Assembly (NCBI GenBank): GCA_964304625.1
Contig: OZ199839.1
Location: 5,574,898 to 5,638,897 of the forward strand
Reading direction: 5' to 3'
Length of the DNA: 64,000 bases
Origin: Kudoa neothunni
Lineage: Eukaryota > Animalia > Cnidaria
How positions within the stretch are numbered: position 1 is the stretch's first letter; every line of letters begins with the position of its first letter. Of this stretch, positions 1 through 12,542 are shown piece by piece. Both the position numbers and the translations under genes were made by a program. The notes under the pieces were generated by a model, which was not told where the DNA came from, made no database searches, and saw only the letters and a program-made list of their open reading frames with translations.

Positions 1-860
1 TGAAACGAGCGGTTTTCGTGAGTAAAATGAGGATTTATGTTCATCTGACAGCGTATTCGAGGATGAAATTACTGATGATGAAGCTGAAATTCCGGAAGCA
101 CATAACAACATGTTAACAAGCGAATGTGGAATTACGTGGAGCTTATCCAAGCCACCTACAACTAAAACATGCCAAGAAAACATTATGAATTACTTACCTG
201 GAACTACAGTTTATGCGACGTGAAAGATACTATGCTTACTAAATTGTTTCCTTAAGTTTTTCAACAATGATATATGCCATCAGATTATTTCATTTACCAA
301 CGTGTTTAAAATGCATCATTTAAAGAATACTGGAATGAATTAGACCTTGTGGAATTTAAAGGTTACCTTGGATTTCTCCTTTGATGGCTACCCATAAAGA
401 CCGACAAGAGCGTTATGCGAGCTGTTCGGTGTAAAAGAAGGTAAGGAAATATATAGAAGGTTTTTTCACTCCGTCGATTGACTCAAATCACTCGAGCACT
501 CCATTTCGATGATTTTAATACACGATTGGAACGAAAAAAAGATAAATTTTTCCCAGTCTGTAATGTATGAAATCAATGGGTTGATTTATTACCTCGATGT
601 TTTCACACAATTAGGACGTAACCGTAGACGAGAAACTTGTTTCGTTCAAGGGAAGGTGCCCATTCCGATAGTACATGCCGATAAGCCCGCAAAATATGGC
701 CTAAAGTTTTTTCTCTTAGTCGATCCGGTGGAAAATTATGTCTGTAACGTCAGTGTATATCTTGAGAAAAATAACTATAAAACCATTCGACAATTCGGAT
801 TGGGTGAAAGTGTTGTTCTCTCATTGTCTACGCCACTTTTCCATTCAGGTAGGAATGTTT
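1..860 (+). mobile_element. Degraded piggyBac transposase fragment
   Basis: Broken frames give SECGITWSLSKPP...ENIMN and KPAKYGLKFFLLVDP...FHSGRN, colinear with the piggyBac transposase at 15269-16917. It has stops and frameshifts and ends before the second catalytic Asp. Confidence 0.85.
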
Positions 861-1308
861 TGATATCGATGTTTAAAACACGAACAGTTAGCTACTGATG
901 AATCATTTTCATATTACTTTTCTTAATTGATAACAGTTGTTCATACAGGTATAAATCTAAAGAATGCATAACAAAGCGAAATAAGATTAATTATTTGTTG
1001 TTGCCTTTTTTCAAAAATAAAGCTACTTCCTTGAATATTTGTTTAATGCAGGTCAATTTATTAACCAATCTATTTTTATCAGAGTCTGGTTTTACATTTC
1101 CAATGAAGAGAACTTTTGGTATAATTGTTTTAGGATCAAGAAAAATCTTTTGGTAAGGATCATTCGTTCCAAGAATATAACTTTGATTACTGAAATAAGC
1201 TCGGTGAATATATAGACATTTCTATTGGAGTGTGGATCGTGGATCGGAAGACTAACAAATTTTCTCTTTACGGAGAATCTGTTTAACAACTTAAAATTTG
1301 ATGGTGTA

Positions 1309-3387
1309 TATTATATGTAGTGTATTAATTTGATATTGTTTTCACCCTATAAAAAGGGTTAATATTTCGGTGTTCGCATCATTCTATGGCTGAAGTTAAT
1401 AATGGTACAATGAGCAGGATCGCTCGACCAAAACTATATGATGGAAAGAGTTGTCCGAAAAGTGGTTCAGAAGGTTCGAACTGGCTGTAAGAAGGAAAAA
1501 TTTGGATATGGTCTCGTACAACTCGGAACTGTCGTTATCATTGGATGTTGATATATGGACTATGGTTTCGTCCGTTGGGTTGGACGAGAATACGACGTAT
1601 GAATAGATTAAATCATACATTTTGGAATGTTTTGATCAAGGATTGATCATTATGTTGGACTATCTAGGACATGCTACCGCTCCACTTTCGAAGCATAATA
1701 TTAGTAGAATGAAATCTCCAATATGTCACCCGCTAGCGCGGCTTGCACATATATTAACTTTGTATTATTATCGTAGTCGCGTGATTGTTAGTTTTAATAA
1801 AACGTGTTTCTATGGCCGCATTTAATTTAACACATTATGATGCCATGAAATGTTTTGTAAACCGGTTGCAACAGGAAGAGGAAAACGTGCAACAACTTTC
1901 TAAAAACTTAATATCGCTTGGAAGAGGATGCTATACAACTCATAGAAAACTTCAGGAATAACATTAAACGTACCGTCTGCCAACCATACATTTGTATTAT
2001 TTAGATGTGGAATATTTTTATTGGTTTTAAAAATTATGATTCTATCCTCTGCTAAAGATCCAGAATCATGAAAGCAAAAAGTTTCGTTCTTTAAGGTAAG
2101 TTAGCATTTGCCATGTTGCTTTCGATATTGACATCTATTCGTTTTCTTCTACGAATATTCTGAATATTTTTGTAAATGTTTCTTTTAATAAATATCAATA
2201 ACTCATTCAGACAATTATGAGTCGTACAAATGGAATACACCTAACTGGGGCATTGTGTGTTCCTGGAAACATTTCGAATTTTTTCTTCAAAAATACATTT
2301 ATTTATGTCATCCTCAATCATATGATTAAGGATTCCACATTCTTCAATTCTATCAATCTCGTTAGCCGGAAAAGTTCATACGCATCCTTTACAACCTCTT
2401 TTATCGCATGTCCATAATTGATGGTCCCCACATTTTTTATCCCTGATAAAAATATTGACAGAAAAATATTTTATCGCCTCCGCGTTTCGTTTTGAGCGTG
2501 TTAAATGAGTTTTCATTTTGTTAAATTTTGAGGGTTCAGCACGTGCGATCACAAGTGAGCAAAATGCGCATACAATAATGTCCCGTGCGCAATCACGAAA
2601 ATCGGCGAATGCTCGCCGTATCGGACATAAAGACTAGAACTGCAGCTTATTACCCCCAATCCATTGGGATAGCCGAAAGGTTTAACTGAGCGCCGATTGA
2701 CTCATTCGCAAAAGTTTGTCGTGATAATAAAAACTGGGACAGCTATATTTCCTTAGTAGTGTGGACATATCGATCATCGATACATGAGAAAACAAACGCT
2801 ATACCTAATCTGATGATGTTTGGTCGAGAACATATGACAACTTTAGAGTTGATTCTTGGAGGAAATCAAAATATTAAAAATCATAATTGGGAGTTGATTT
2901 GTAATTTTAATCATATACAAACTGGCGAATAAAAAATACCAAAAGAAAACTGAAAAAGATATGATAAAAATTACGAAACAGCATATGGCCTGACTTACAT
3001 GCCTGGAGATAGAGTGTGGTTGATGAAACAAATTAAAAACAACAAATTAGACAATTACTGGATTGGACCCTATCTTATTACGAAGATGATTAATGGCCGA
3101 ATTTACAAAGTGAATGTAGATAGTAAAGAGGAAAAAATAAATTATGATAAACTCAAACCGACGGTCAATTTTAACAAGAATTCCAATAGCCACGTCACCA
3201 GTAAAAATGAGAATTCAGAAAAAGGAGATTAAAGTCTCCTTCGTGATTAGAAGAATTTGAACGCTAAACAAGTTCAATTAAGAGGGAGAAATTGTTACAT
3301 GTAGTGTATTAACTGGATATTGTTTTCAGACTATAAAAAGGGTTATTATTTCGGCGTGTTCGTATCATTCTATGGCTGTAGTTAACA
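1309..3387 (+). mobile_element. Internally deleted Ty3/gypsy LTR retrotransposon with ~95-bp LTRs
   Basis: Direct repeats at 1309-1401 and 3293-3387; the 3' copy runs TGTTA...TAACA. TGGTAC PBS-like sequence at 1403 and polypurine tract AGAGGGAGAAA at 3281-3291. Flanks GTGTA/GTGTG are a near-perfect 5-bp TSD. Pol remnants: DYLGH, integrase TAAYYPQSIGIAERFN (~2635-2687), and PGDRVWL...WIGPY (GPY/F motif). Confidence 0.88.
2180..2620 (-). mobile_element. MULE/FLYWCH fragment inserted in the LTR element
   Basis: Minus strand reads QLWTCDKRGCKGCV*...ECGILNHMIEDDINK, which resembles the FLYWCH zinc finger at 4787-5128. A GC-rich terminal-like segment lies at ~2560-2620. Boundaries are approximate. 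Confidence 0.5.
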
Positions 3388-3665
3388 GTGTGGAAAGTGT
3401 TTTCTCGACAAATATAAATATGAGATTCCATAAAACCGATTTTATTTTGCAGCAAGCACAATCTATTGTCCATAGACTTTTGTGTCTTGCACAGTGTTCA
3501 CCTATTTTAAACTGAATTGGGGAGTTCTATCATTAAGTAAAATTTATTATAAGGAACAGAAAACATCAGTATAACGAATAATTGTTAAATCTGATTATGG
3601 AGAGTTCATATGAAGTTTTCAACATTCAACTATTAATTATTCCAACCATCCAGAATCTAACATTT

Positions 3666-3742
3666 CAAGATTTCTTAATTCCGAAGAAATGAATAATCGT
3701 CACATAAGGTATATTTGATTAAGTAGTTGTGTTTTGGTTTGG
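3666..3742 (+). repeat. 77-bp direct repeat, left copy (partner 5308-5384)
   Basis: CAAGATTTCTTAATTCCGAAG...TTTTGGTTTGG; 74/77 identical to the right copy. Confidence 0.9.
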
Positions 3743-5304
3743 CGAATGTAGAAATTTTGCCGGTGGAACATCGACCGTAATTTTTTATTGAAAAAAAACG
3801 CAAACTACCTATAATTTTATTTTAATTTCCAATTATACGTTTTAGATATAGCTTCTACATAAAATGTACCATAATAGGAACCATAATTCGAGCATATCTC
3901 CTTCAATTTTTCCATTTTTATTTCCGTCTTTTTGTTCTGATTTGTTGTATTTGGATTACATAGCTAATACATAATTTCCTGTTTAATCAAACTTTGTTGC
4001 TCTTTTAGATTTGTGATGAATGTGACTAATCCTGAATGTGATTGGTCAAAGCGGGAATAAAAGTGGCGATTGAATATTTCTGCGTTGTTAGATGTTAGTT
4101 TTACATCGTTCAGCACTCTTTGGTATGCATTCCATGATTCAATGGGATACTTTTTGCTTCTAATAAAGTTTTTTTCAAAATATATTAAGAATAATTGAAG
4201 ATTAGGAATCTGAAATTTTTCAGAAGTACACAATTTTTTGTATTCAGCTTTAACAAAATCTTTAGGAACAAATGCGAGTGACATAACGCATTTAATGAAA
4301 ACTTTAAAATCTAGGTTATTTTGATATTCCTCGGAAAGTCCAAGTGATTGAATTTTTCGGTAATTACATTGCCCGAAATGAAACAAACAAAATTGTACAT
4401 CATGTTTTGATGCTTTTTTAAAAGCATTATATGCTGCTACTTCAAAGTCAATAATTATTGATTTCGGTAACTCCATATTACCCTTCTCCTTGATTATTTC
4501 AATAATTTTCATATAATTTTTCTCAGACTTGTCCGACATTAAAACAAAAGCTAGTGGAAAAACCCTGTTGAATACATTACCATGAATAGCATATAACTGA
4601 AAAAAATCCTTCGGCGCAACGTTAAAAGTTCCATCCGCAATCCAAAAATCTGAATTTTTCAGATGTAAAAGGTTTTTCTATGTAGAAAAAATGATTATTC
4701 CGTTTTCGTCATCAGAACCTGAATCGAACAAACAAAAGGATTCATCTCTCAGAGTCTTAATTTTATTACAAAGATTTGTCGCTGGATTAATTTGAATATT
4801 GTTTCTTTTTCTTAAATTTCTTGTTTTTGTATACAAAAGATTTAGGAATAATCGGCAATTCATTAATGTTTTCTTTCCTGGTTGCAATACTATACACCTT
4901 GTTTGTTGGATATAAAGTAGTTTCTGCTAAGAATTTTATTTTATTGTGGAATATTTTTTTATTTTTGTCCTCCTCCGATACGACGTGATTGTGGAATCCA
5001 GTTTTTTCAATGTTTTCCGTATCGTCATGAGTTGTTATTCTTAATCTTCCTCTACATTGTCTAACTTGACACCTCCAATATCGAATTTCATTTTTTTTTG
5101 TAATCTTTGACGTAAAAATAATCTTCATAAAGCATCATGTCGGTATTTTTGGTAGTCTTAAGAATAATAATATCTTTATTTGAATTTCCACTCACCCTGG
5201 GTCCCTTAGCTGGTCTTGCGCAGTTAATATGCGTTTCAAATTAAGTTTTATTCACATTTGCGCGTGCGCATGCAATCTCTCCGCCGGGAAAAATTCTCCA
5301 TACC
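3743..5304 (-). mobile_element. Mutator-like (MULE) DNA transposon with FLYWCH domain, frameshifted
   Basis: YWRCQVRQCRGR...HNH (FLYWCH), then WIADGTFNVAP..FFQLYAIHG, IIIDFE, CLFH and TSNNAE (MULE DDE motifs). Imperfect ~22-bp TIRs at ~3746-3768 and ~5280-5302. Confidence 0.9.
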
Positions 5305-5307
5305 TTG

Positions 5308-5384
5308 CAAGATTTCTTAATTCCGAAGAAATGAATAATCGTCACATAAAGTATATTTGGTTAAGTAGTTGTATTTTGGTTTGG
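5308..5384 (+). repeat. 77-bp direct repeat, right copy
   Basis: Matches 3666-3742 with 3 substitutions. Confidence 0.9.
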
Positions 5385-5408
5385 TCTAATTTCTCGATTA
5401 TACAACAT

Positions 5409-6486
5409 GACTAATGTGGAGTTTAGGTACGTAAACCCGCGCATACCTAATCGTAATCTTTCGCGCTCATGCTAAGGATTAAAATTAAATCATTAATGTA
5501 ACTGTTCACTTTCCCGCAATTGAATCAATTGATGTGAACAAGATCGAACCATTCTTCCTCGACTGTTTGAAGTTAAATAAAAAGCACTGCATCGAATTTC
5601 TGGCATTCATTGGACTTTTGAGAAAAAACAAGTGTATGTTGTAATAAGGAAATGCAGTTTATACGGCGCGGAAGATGCATTGATGGATATTAGTTTTATT
5701 GTAATCACTGTAGAAAGTATATTTCTTTCCGCTAAGACTCTTTTTTGAAGGAAGTCATCTGGACCTTCCAACCATCCTAAGGATCATCTATTATTATTCC
5801 TTCAGCATCGGCAGTCAACGTTTTTATGAATAGGTCACTCATATCAGTTCCAAAACTATTGTGGATTGGAAGGATTTTATTAGGGATATATATTCGAACC
5901 ATGTAATTGAGAATTCCCAAAAGGTCGGTGGAGATGGAATTATCGTTCAGATCGATGAATCCAAACTTTGTAAAAGGAAGAATAACGTGAGTTTGATATT
6001 AGGTGATCAAGATCAATGATTTGTGGAAGAAATAGATGAAAACGGCAACGTTTTCATGACAATTACAACCAAGCAGGATCTGCCAAAATTACAAATAATT
6101 TTTGAGAATGTGGAAAGAGGATCAATAATATAGCCTGACTTCTGGAAAGGTTACAGGCGTCTTGATACGCATGGTTTTCTCCATGTAACTGTCAACCATA
6201 GCATAGAGTTCTTCACTGAAACTGGTGTGCACACCAATAGAAACAAAGCTATGTGGGGCCTGCAAACGAATGTTTCGCCATATTACGAATAAATTTCTGG
6301 GATTATACCATCGTATCTTTCGAAATATATATTTAAGAAAAAAATTTTCAATATAGTATTTCAAGAAACATTAAACCAAAATAGTATTATTTGCACATTT
6401 TGAATATTATCGTTTGTTATTACATGCGTTCCGAAGATTAGCAGGATTAGTTCGGATTAGTTACGTGCCTAAACTCCACATTAGCC
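5409..6486 (+). mobile_element. Merlin (IS1595/ISXO2-like) transposon, degraded
   Basis: ~26-bp TIRs GACTAATGTGGAGTTTAGGTACGTAA and TTACGTGCCTAAACTCCACATTAGCC. Remnant motifs IVQIDESKLCKRKNN, DFWKGY and VNHS..F...TGVHTN. No intact TSD. Confidence 0.88.
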
Positions 6487-6489
6487 AAG

Positions 6490-6880
6490 AGTGGTTTAGT
6501 TAATAAAAATAGAAAAACTCAAAAAAGGAAGATAATGAAATCGACAATGGCGTATAAGAATGGTTCACTTGGATGCGACCAAATAAATTGAAGTTTCATC
6601 GCAACAGATTATCGACCTTCGCAATGAAATCAGCAAAGAATTCTGTAAAGATTCGAAATGGATCAGTTATGGATGGTATCGCGGATTTAAAGATAGATTT
6701 AATCTCAGAAGATTTAACTGTCATGAAGGTTCTAGTACCGTGAACGATGATGTTGTGTCTGATTGGAAATCTCAATTAGAATCTATCATGAAGAATTAAG
6801 AAAAAAATGAAATCTTTAACTTTGATGAAACTGCTTTATTCTACCAACAACATCTAAATAAAAGCTTGAAATTTTCTGCT
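6490..6880 (+). mobile_element. pogo/Tigger transposase, N-terminal remnant
   Basis: SYGWYRGFKDRFNL (end of CENP-B-type HTH) and EIFNFDETALFY (first catalytic Asp of the DDE_1 domain). Confidence 0.8.
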
Positions 6881-7471
6881 TCTGTATATTGATACCGTTT
6901 AATTTATATCAAGTTAATTAATATTGTGATGAATCTTTATCATTTATTACTTACCCATTTTTAATGTTAATATTGCAACTTTTAAATTTTAATAGCGTGA
7001 GAAGTCGATTTAAGATCTCTTGAACGAGTGATATTTTATAGATTCTATTTAGGAAGAAGTTATATTTCATTTATCGAGTTAAGTCCCAAATGCATTAAAC
7101 CAGGGGTCGGCAACGACTAGCCCTGGTCAAATTTTATCCGCGAACTTTTCTTATCCGGCCACCGAGGCTTACAATGATAAAAAATTTTAAAGATTGACAG
7201 AGACTGTATAAATTATTTAATTTTTATAATCGATCGTTTCACTGCGTAAAGATGTTCGGTGACAAATTAAACGGAGTTAATGATATATTATCCATTTTTT
7301 AAATAAAATTCCTACAAACAAATTAAAATTTATAATATTCTTAACAACTAACAACATCAGTTTTTTAAATATTATTACTAATTTTATGGTACCAGTCCTA
7401 TTGTGGACGAAGGAGAAGTTTAATTATTGTTTTTATGCAATTTCGACCCAACGTTTAATCATAAAAAATTA

Positions 7472-9146
7472 TAGGGTTTTCCGAGCTTTAACAACACTGT
7501 GTCAAGCATTAGCAACATTGTGTCAAGCTTTAACAACACGTGTCTAAATTTGGAATCTAATTAGGTAGAGAATTCATATTTATAATTCAGAAAATATCAA
7601 ATGAGTGGTAATTATGTGTAACATAGTTGATTTGTATAATATTTATGAAATAAATAAGATACCAGTAACGATTCTCAAATTACAGCCCTCCCAAAAAAAA
7701 ACGAGACGGACAATCTCAAATGTCACAAGGTCAATGATTATTAACCAATGTGAAAAAAAATATAGCAACTCTATAATTGCAGAAAACGTCGGTGTACATC
7801 GATGCACCGTTGCTTCAATTGTAAAAGCCTACCTAGTTGACGGAAAGGTAGAATCTTTAAAGCGGGGGTGGCAATTATTCCACAAAGCTAACTGATGAAC
7901 AAAAGTTGTTGATTAGAAATTGGGTGGACGAAGACGCAACAATTACTCTCAAAGCCCTTCGCCTGAAATTAATTGACGAATGTGGAGTAAGCGTAAGTGC
8001 GAGCACTATTAACAGATGCTTGAAACAATTCCACTATTCGTTAAAAATAGTTACAATTGTCCCCGAGCGAAGGAATTGTGAGAATACTTTAGAACAGCGC
8101 CTTATGTATGCTCAAAACTTTAACTCAAAAATTCTTGAGATTAAAGATAAAAATTTCATTTTTATCGATGAAGTTGGGTTTAGCGTATCTACACGAACTA
8201 GAAAAGGTCGTTCCCTTGCTGGTACATCAGCTTACGTTCCTGTTGGAGGCGTTAGAACAAGGAACATATCCGTTATAGCCTCAATGAGTAAATACGGTAT
8301 GGTATTTTATAAAGTTAATCGGCGACCCAGTGAATGGAGAAGATTTTAAGGAATATCTTATTGAGCTAGTAGATTTTTGTCACTCGATCGAAATAGATAA
8401 TCCATGCTTCATATTGGACAACGCGAGAATTCACCATTATCGTGGACTTACATATGTGCTGAACTCTATGCAATTGATATTGATGTACCTGTCTCCATAT
8501 TATTCGCCATTTTTGAACCCGATCGAACATGTGTTCAGTAAATGGAAGAACCATGTTATACGGGGCTCAGCAAGGGATGGACCTGATCTTTTAAACCTAA
8601 TAGATGATGGGTTTAAAATTATCACCCCTTGTCGTGACTCAAGTCACGATTAAATAAACATTTATCAGTAAACAAAATTATTTACATATTTAACAATCGG
8701 CATTTGCCGATAGAGGTCGATAAATATTTAAACCGTTGGTTTTTTTTTGCGCACAAAAAAAGAACAAAAAAACGCTACACCCCTGATGATTGTTCCGGAT
8801 ACTATCGAAAGATGCTTCGATATGTTTCCAGATGTCTCAACAGAGAAATTATTATGGAATAAATATAAATTTTATCATCTTTAAGAAGATTATATATTAT
8901 ATCCTCCCAATTTGACATTATTATTTTATACGCGCATCAAAACTGCGGACTTTGTAATTAATCTTGAGTTACATCTAGTGCTGTGTTAATTTAGTAAAGT
9001 TTATTTCATTTAAGCTTAATCACGTTTATCGTTGTGTATAAAAATTTTGTTTTTAATCTCGACTTGTTAAAAAAGTTCAAATTATTTCTTTTATTAGTTA
9101 ATGCAGCAAACCCTGGAACCGTGTTGTTAAAGCTCGGAAAACCCTA
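7472..9146 (+). mobile_element. Tc1/IS630-like DD34/35E transposon, frameshifted
   Basis: Perfect TIR TAGGGTTTTCCGAGCTTTAACAACAC at both ends with flanking TA. Three ~21-bp subterminal repeats at ~7484-7545. ORFs 7605-8653 carry an HTH region, FIDEVGF, LDNARIH and YSPFLNPIE. Confidence 0.93.
8630..8779. mobile_element. 150-bp solo LTR-like insertion
   Basis: TGT...ACA ends with perfect CCCCT TSD (8625-8629 and 8780-8784). Removing it restores the transposase C-terminus ITPDDCSGYYRKMLRYVSRCLNREIIME*. Confidence 0.85.
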
Positions 9147-11494
9147 TATATAAAATTAGTCATTTCTACGTAAAAAACGTCGAGTGGTAATTATATTTGT
9201 ACTTGGCTGCAGCGTATGAATTTTCCAAATTTATAACAGCGACGTTTCAACAATTATTCACTCGATGATAAGATACAAAATAAATCTAAAGGCAAGTAAC
9301 AATATTACGGACACCTTATTGTTTGAGTTGTTATTGAATATGTCGAAGTTTTAAAGATACACGTGTTTGAACTTATTGTCTCCCTAGCGTGTTAAATCCG
9401 TAGAAATGGAAGATAGGGAAAGAAGAGTTGATTCTGAAAAAAGAACTTTCAAAGAAGATTGGACAAATAAAAAATGATTTCTTGTCGAGAATTTTTTATA
9501 GAAGTCCGTGTTTAATTTGTCAATAAAATATCACAGTTGAAAAAATTACTAATGTTAAAAGACACTACGGAACTCATCATAGTCGTTACAGCGGATTTAC
9601 AGAACCAGAAAGGAAAAACAAGAAATAGAGCGTTTGGAAAAAACCTTGACAAAACAATCATTATTTTTTACAAATTAAGTTGAAAATAATTATAAAATTA
9701 CTTTGGCTAGTTATGAACTATCAAATTTTATTGCGAAAAGGATGAAACCTTTTACTGATGGGGAATTTTTCAAAGAAATGCTATTAAGTTGCTGTAAATA
9801 GCGTGACCTGAGAAAAAAATCGTTTCCCGAAATCAATCTATTAGGAAGAATTGTAGCGAGATGTATCGAGGATATAACAGGAACTGTAAGAACTAACCTA
9901 ATAAATGCTTTCGAATGCCTGAATATTTTTCCATTTCTATCGACGAAACTACCGATATGATTGATACCGCACAACTTTCAGTGTTTGTGAGGGGTGGAAC
10001 ATCACGATTGGAAGTTGTTGAAGAATTTGTGAAAATAATTCCAATGAAAAGCACTATAACAGGAAAAAATATATTCAATCGTATTATGAAATGGATGAAC
10101 GAAATGAACCCTAACACCTCAAAATTAATTGAGGTTACAATGGATAGGAGCACCAGCAATAGTAGGTGAAGAGAATGGTTTTGTTGCTTTGCTGGATATT
10201 TATGTTGGTGATAATACAAGTCTTATTAAACTACATTGTTTTCCACACCAAGACGCACTCTGCGAAAAGTCATTACCCTTTTAGAGAAGTTATGACGTCT
10301 GTTATAAAATCTGTAAATCTTATGTTATCCAAAGGCCTGAATCATCGTCAATTTAAAGAATTTTTGAATGACTTCGAAACTATTTACGGTGATCTGACAC
10401 ACTGTTCTAATATTATATGGCTAAGTTGTGGAAACATGTTATAAAGAGTGTATGTTTTGAGAAACGAGATTTTCGATTTTCTAGCAGATAAATATCAAGA
10501 CACCTCTTGATTTCAAGAGCCGCAGTGACTTGATTAATTGACATTTTTGGCAGATATTTCCAATCACATTAATAACTTAAATCTCGAGCTCCAAGGAAAA
10601 AACAAACTTGTGTCAGACATGTTATATCAAGTCACCTCCTTTGAAAGAAAACTTAAACTTGGGGAAAAAACAGCTTCTGAAGGGGGGTAATTATTCTCAT
10701 TTTCCTAACCTACAAAATCATAAAATCGATATACAAGATGATTTGTTTTCAGACGGTGTTACTGATTTAAAGGATGACTTTTCTTCTTGGTTTCATGACT
10801 TTCGAGACTACAAAAATAATTTTGAACATTTCAGTATCCCGTATGGAATCGACGTAGAAGAAATAGATGAAAGGTATCAATTAGTAGTAATTTACCTGCA
10901 ATCCAATAAGGATCTGGAGTCGATATTTTTGGGTGTGTCAACTATAAACATTTATAAACACAATCTATCACTGACTGGAAAATACAATAATTTATTAGAA
11001 ATATCGAAAATAATGATATCGATACTTGGGAGCACTTATGTATGCGAACAGCTATTCTCGAAGTTAAAAAATACCAAAAGTATGTGGCGGAGTAATTTAC
11101 GTGATGACCATCTCGATAACAACTTGTTGCTTTCCACAACAAAGGTGGATATTTCCATCCCTGAGGTATCGAAGAAAACAAACGAATTTTCCATTAATTA
11201 TTATACATCAATTTGACGAATAAATTTAGAAAATTAGTTTATTTTTCTCGCGTCCCACTGAAACGATATAATTTTAAATGTCGCATTGTGAATGTCTTAA
11301 GCCAGTATTCCAATTGCATTGTAAAAAATTCATTTCGCCTAAATGATTTATACACATTTTGGTCCCGCCTTCTAGTTCAGCTTGATTATCCGGCCGGAAG
11401 ACTATTCGGATTGCCCCTCTGCGCTAAATGGTCCAAAAAACGAATAATACTATTACTTCGGCCTCCTTAGCTGGAAAAAAGTTTGAGCCAATAG

Positions 11495-12484
11495 TCGTGT
11501 CCCATCACAGTCAACCAAGATGTTTTAAAAATTCAAAACGAAAACCGACCCCTTATTATTCAAATAAATATGCCTGAATGACCATTGAAATATTTACTTA
11601 ATATTTAATCGAACAAAAACATTCAAAAACTAAAATTTGAAAGTTTTATTTTTTGTGGAAAATGCAAACTGAAACCTTCCATTAATTAAATCCTTCCAAC
11701 ATTACGTTCATGTTTTCCCCAAATAACACAACCTATGTACTCCAACCGATGGGTCAAGGTGTAATCAATTCGTTCAACTCGATTTATAAGAAATATTTGA
11801 TTGGAAACATACCTTCCCTGCCAAAGATAACTTAGATATAAAACCGATTGAATATTTTGGATTCCTTGGTGTTAATAAAGAAATCCTGGGAAAATGTCAA
11901 CCGCAGAAAATATCGAATTGCTTAAAAAAACTAGCTTTATTTTCGAGGATAATAAATTTGAAATTCCTCCTGACCCATCAGAAGAATTAATCAGTGTTGG
12001 CCAGACTTGTAATTGGTTAATTTCAAAACAGTCATTTGATGAAGAAGATGGCACTAATCTGTTAAAATTCATAATGGAGGAATCTTTGGATAGAGTGTGT
12101 CAGTATGACAAGAAAAAATCGGCGATTCTTTCAGAGTCATTTGAAAATGAAGAAGACGAAATAGAAAATATACTACACGATTCAACAGAGGCATCAAAAT
12201 GTTTTGAATACCTAAAAGCTATTTTAAACAATGCGGTTTTGATGTGTTGTGATTCATTTCATCGACTTGAAACGGAACTTTATAAGACATCGGGAAAAAA
12301 GTACGATTCAAACAAAAATATTAGATTACATTATTAGTTCTGGATAGATTTTAAATTATTAATAAATACTTGTTTTTTATAATGAACGCTAGCGCGTTAT
12401 TAGGTACTAAATGGCCCCCAATGTTGGCTATTTGACACTTTTCCTTCGGTCCCGTAGGTATTACGTAATACCCGTCACCCACTG
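11495..12484 (+). mobile_element. pogo/Tigger transposase C-terminal remnant and right end
   Basis: PRCFK...YYSNKYA*MT and PNNTTYVLQPMGQGVI motifs, an acidic tail (ORF 11894-12337), and terminus ...CCCACTG followed by TA. It continues the 6490-6880 piece. Confidence 0.78.
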
Positions 12485-12542
12485 TATTTCTTCAAGACAG
12501 TGACTATTTGCATGGATCCATTTAATCCTCTCTCGGGATGGA

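Larger units (their letters stand above)
7101..11490 (+). mobile_element. hAT transposon of SPIN/Charlie (GTF2IRD2-like) type, degraded and interrupted by a Tc1-like element
   Basis: Left TIR CAGGGGTCGGCAAC at 7101. Broken ORF 9406-11216 with KRVDSEKRTFKEDW, FSISIDETTD, GLNHRQFKEFL, WLS and GSTYVCEQLFS (hATC dimerisation motif). Right end is eroded. Confidence 0.88.
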
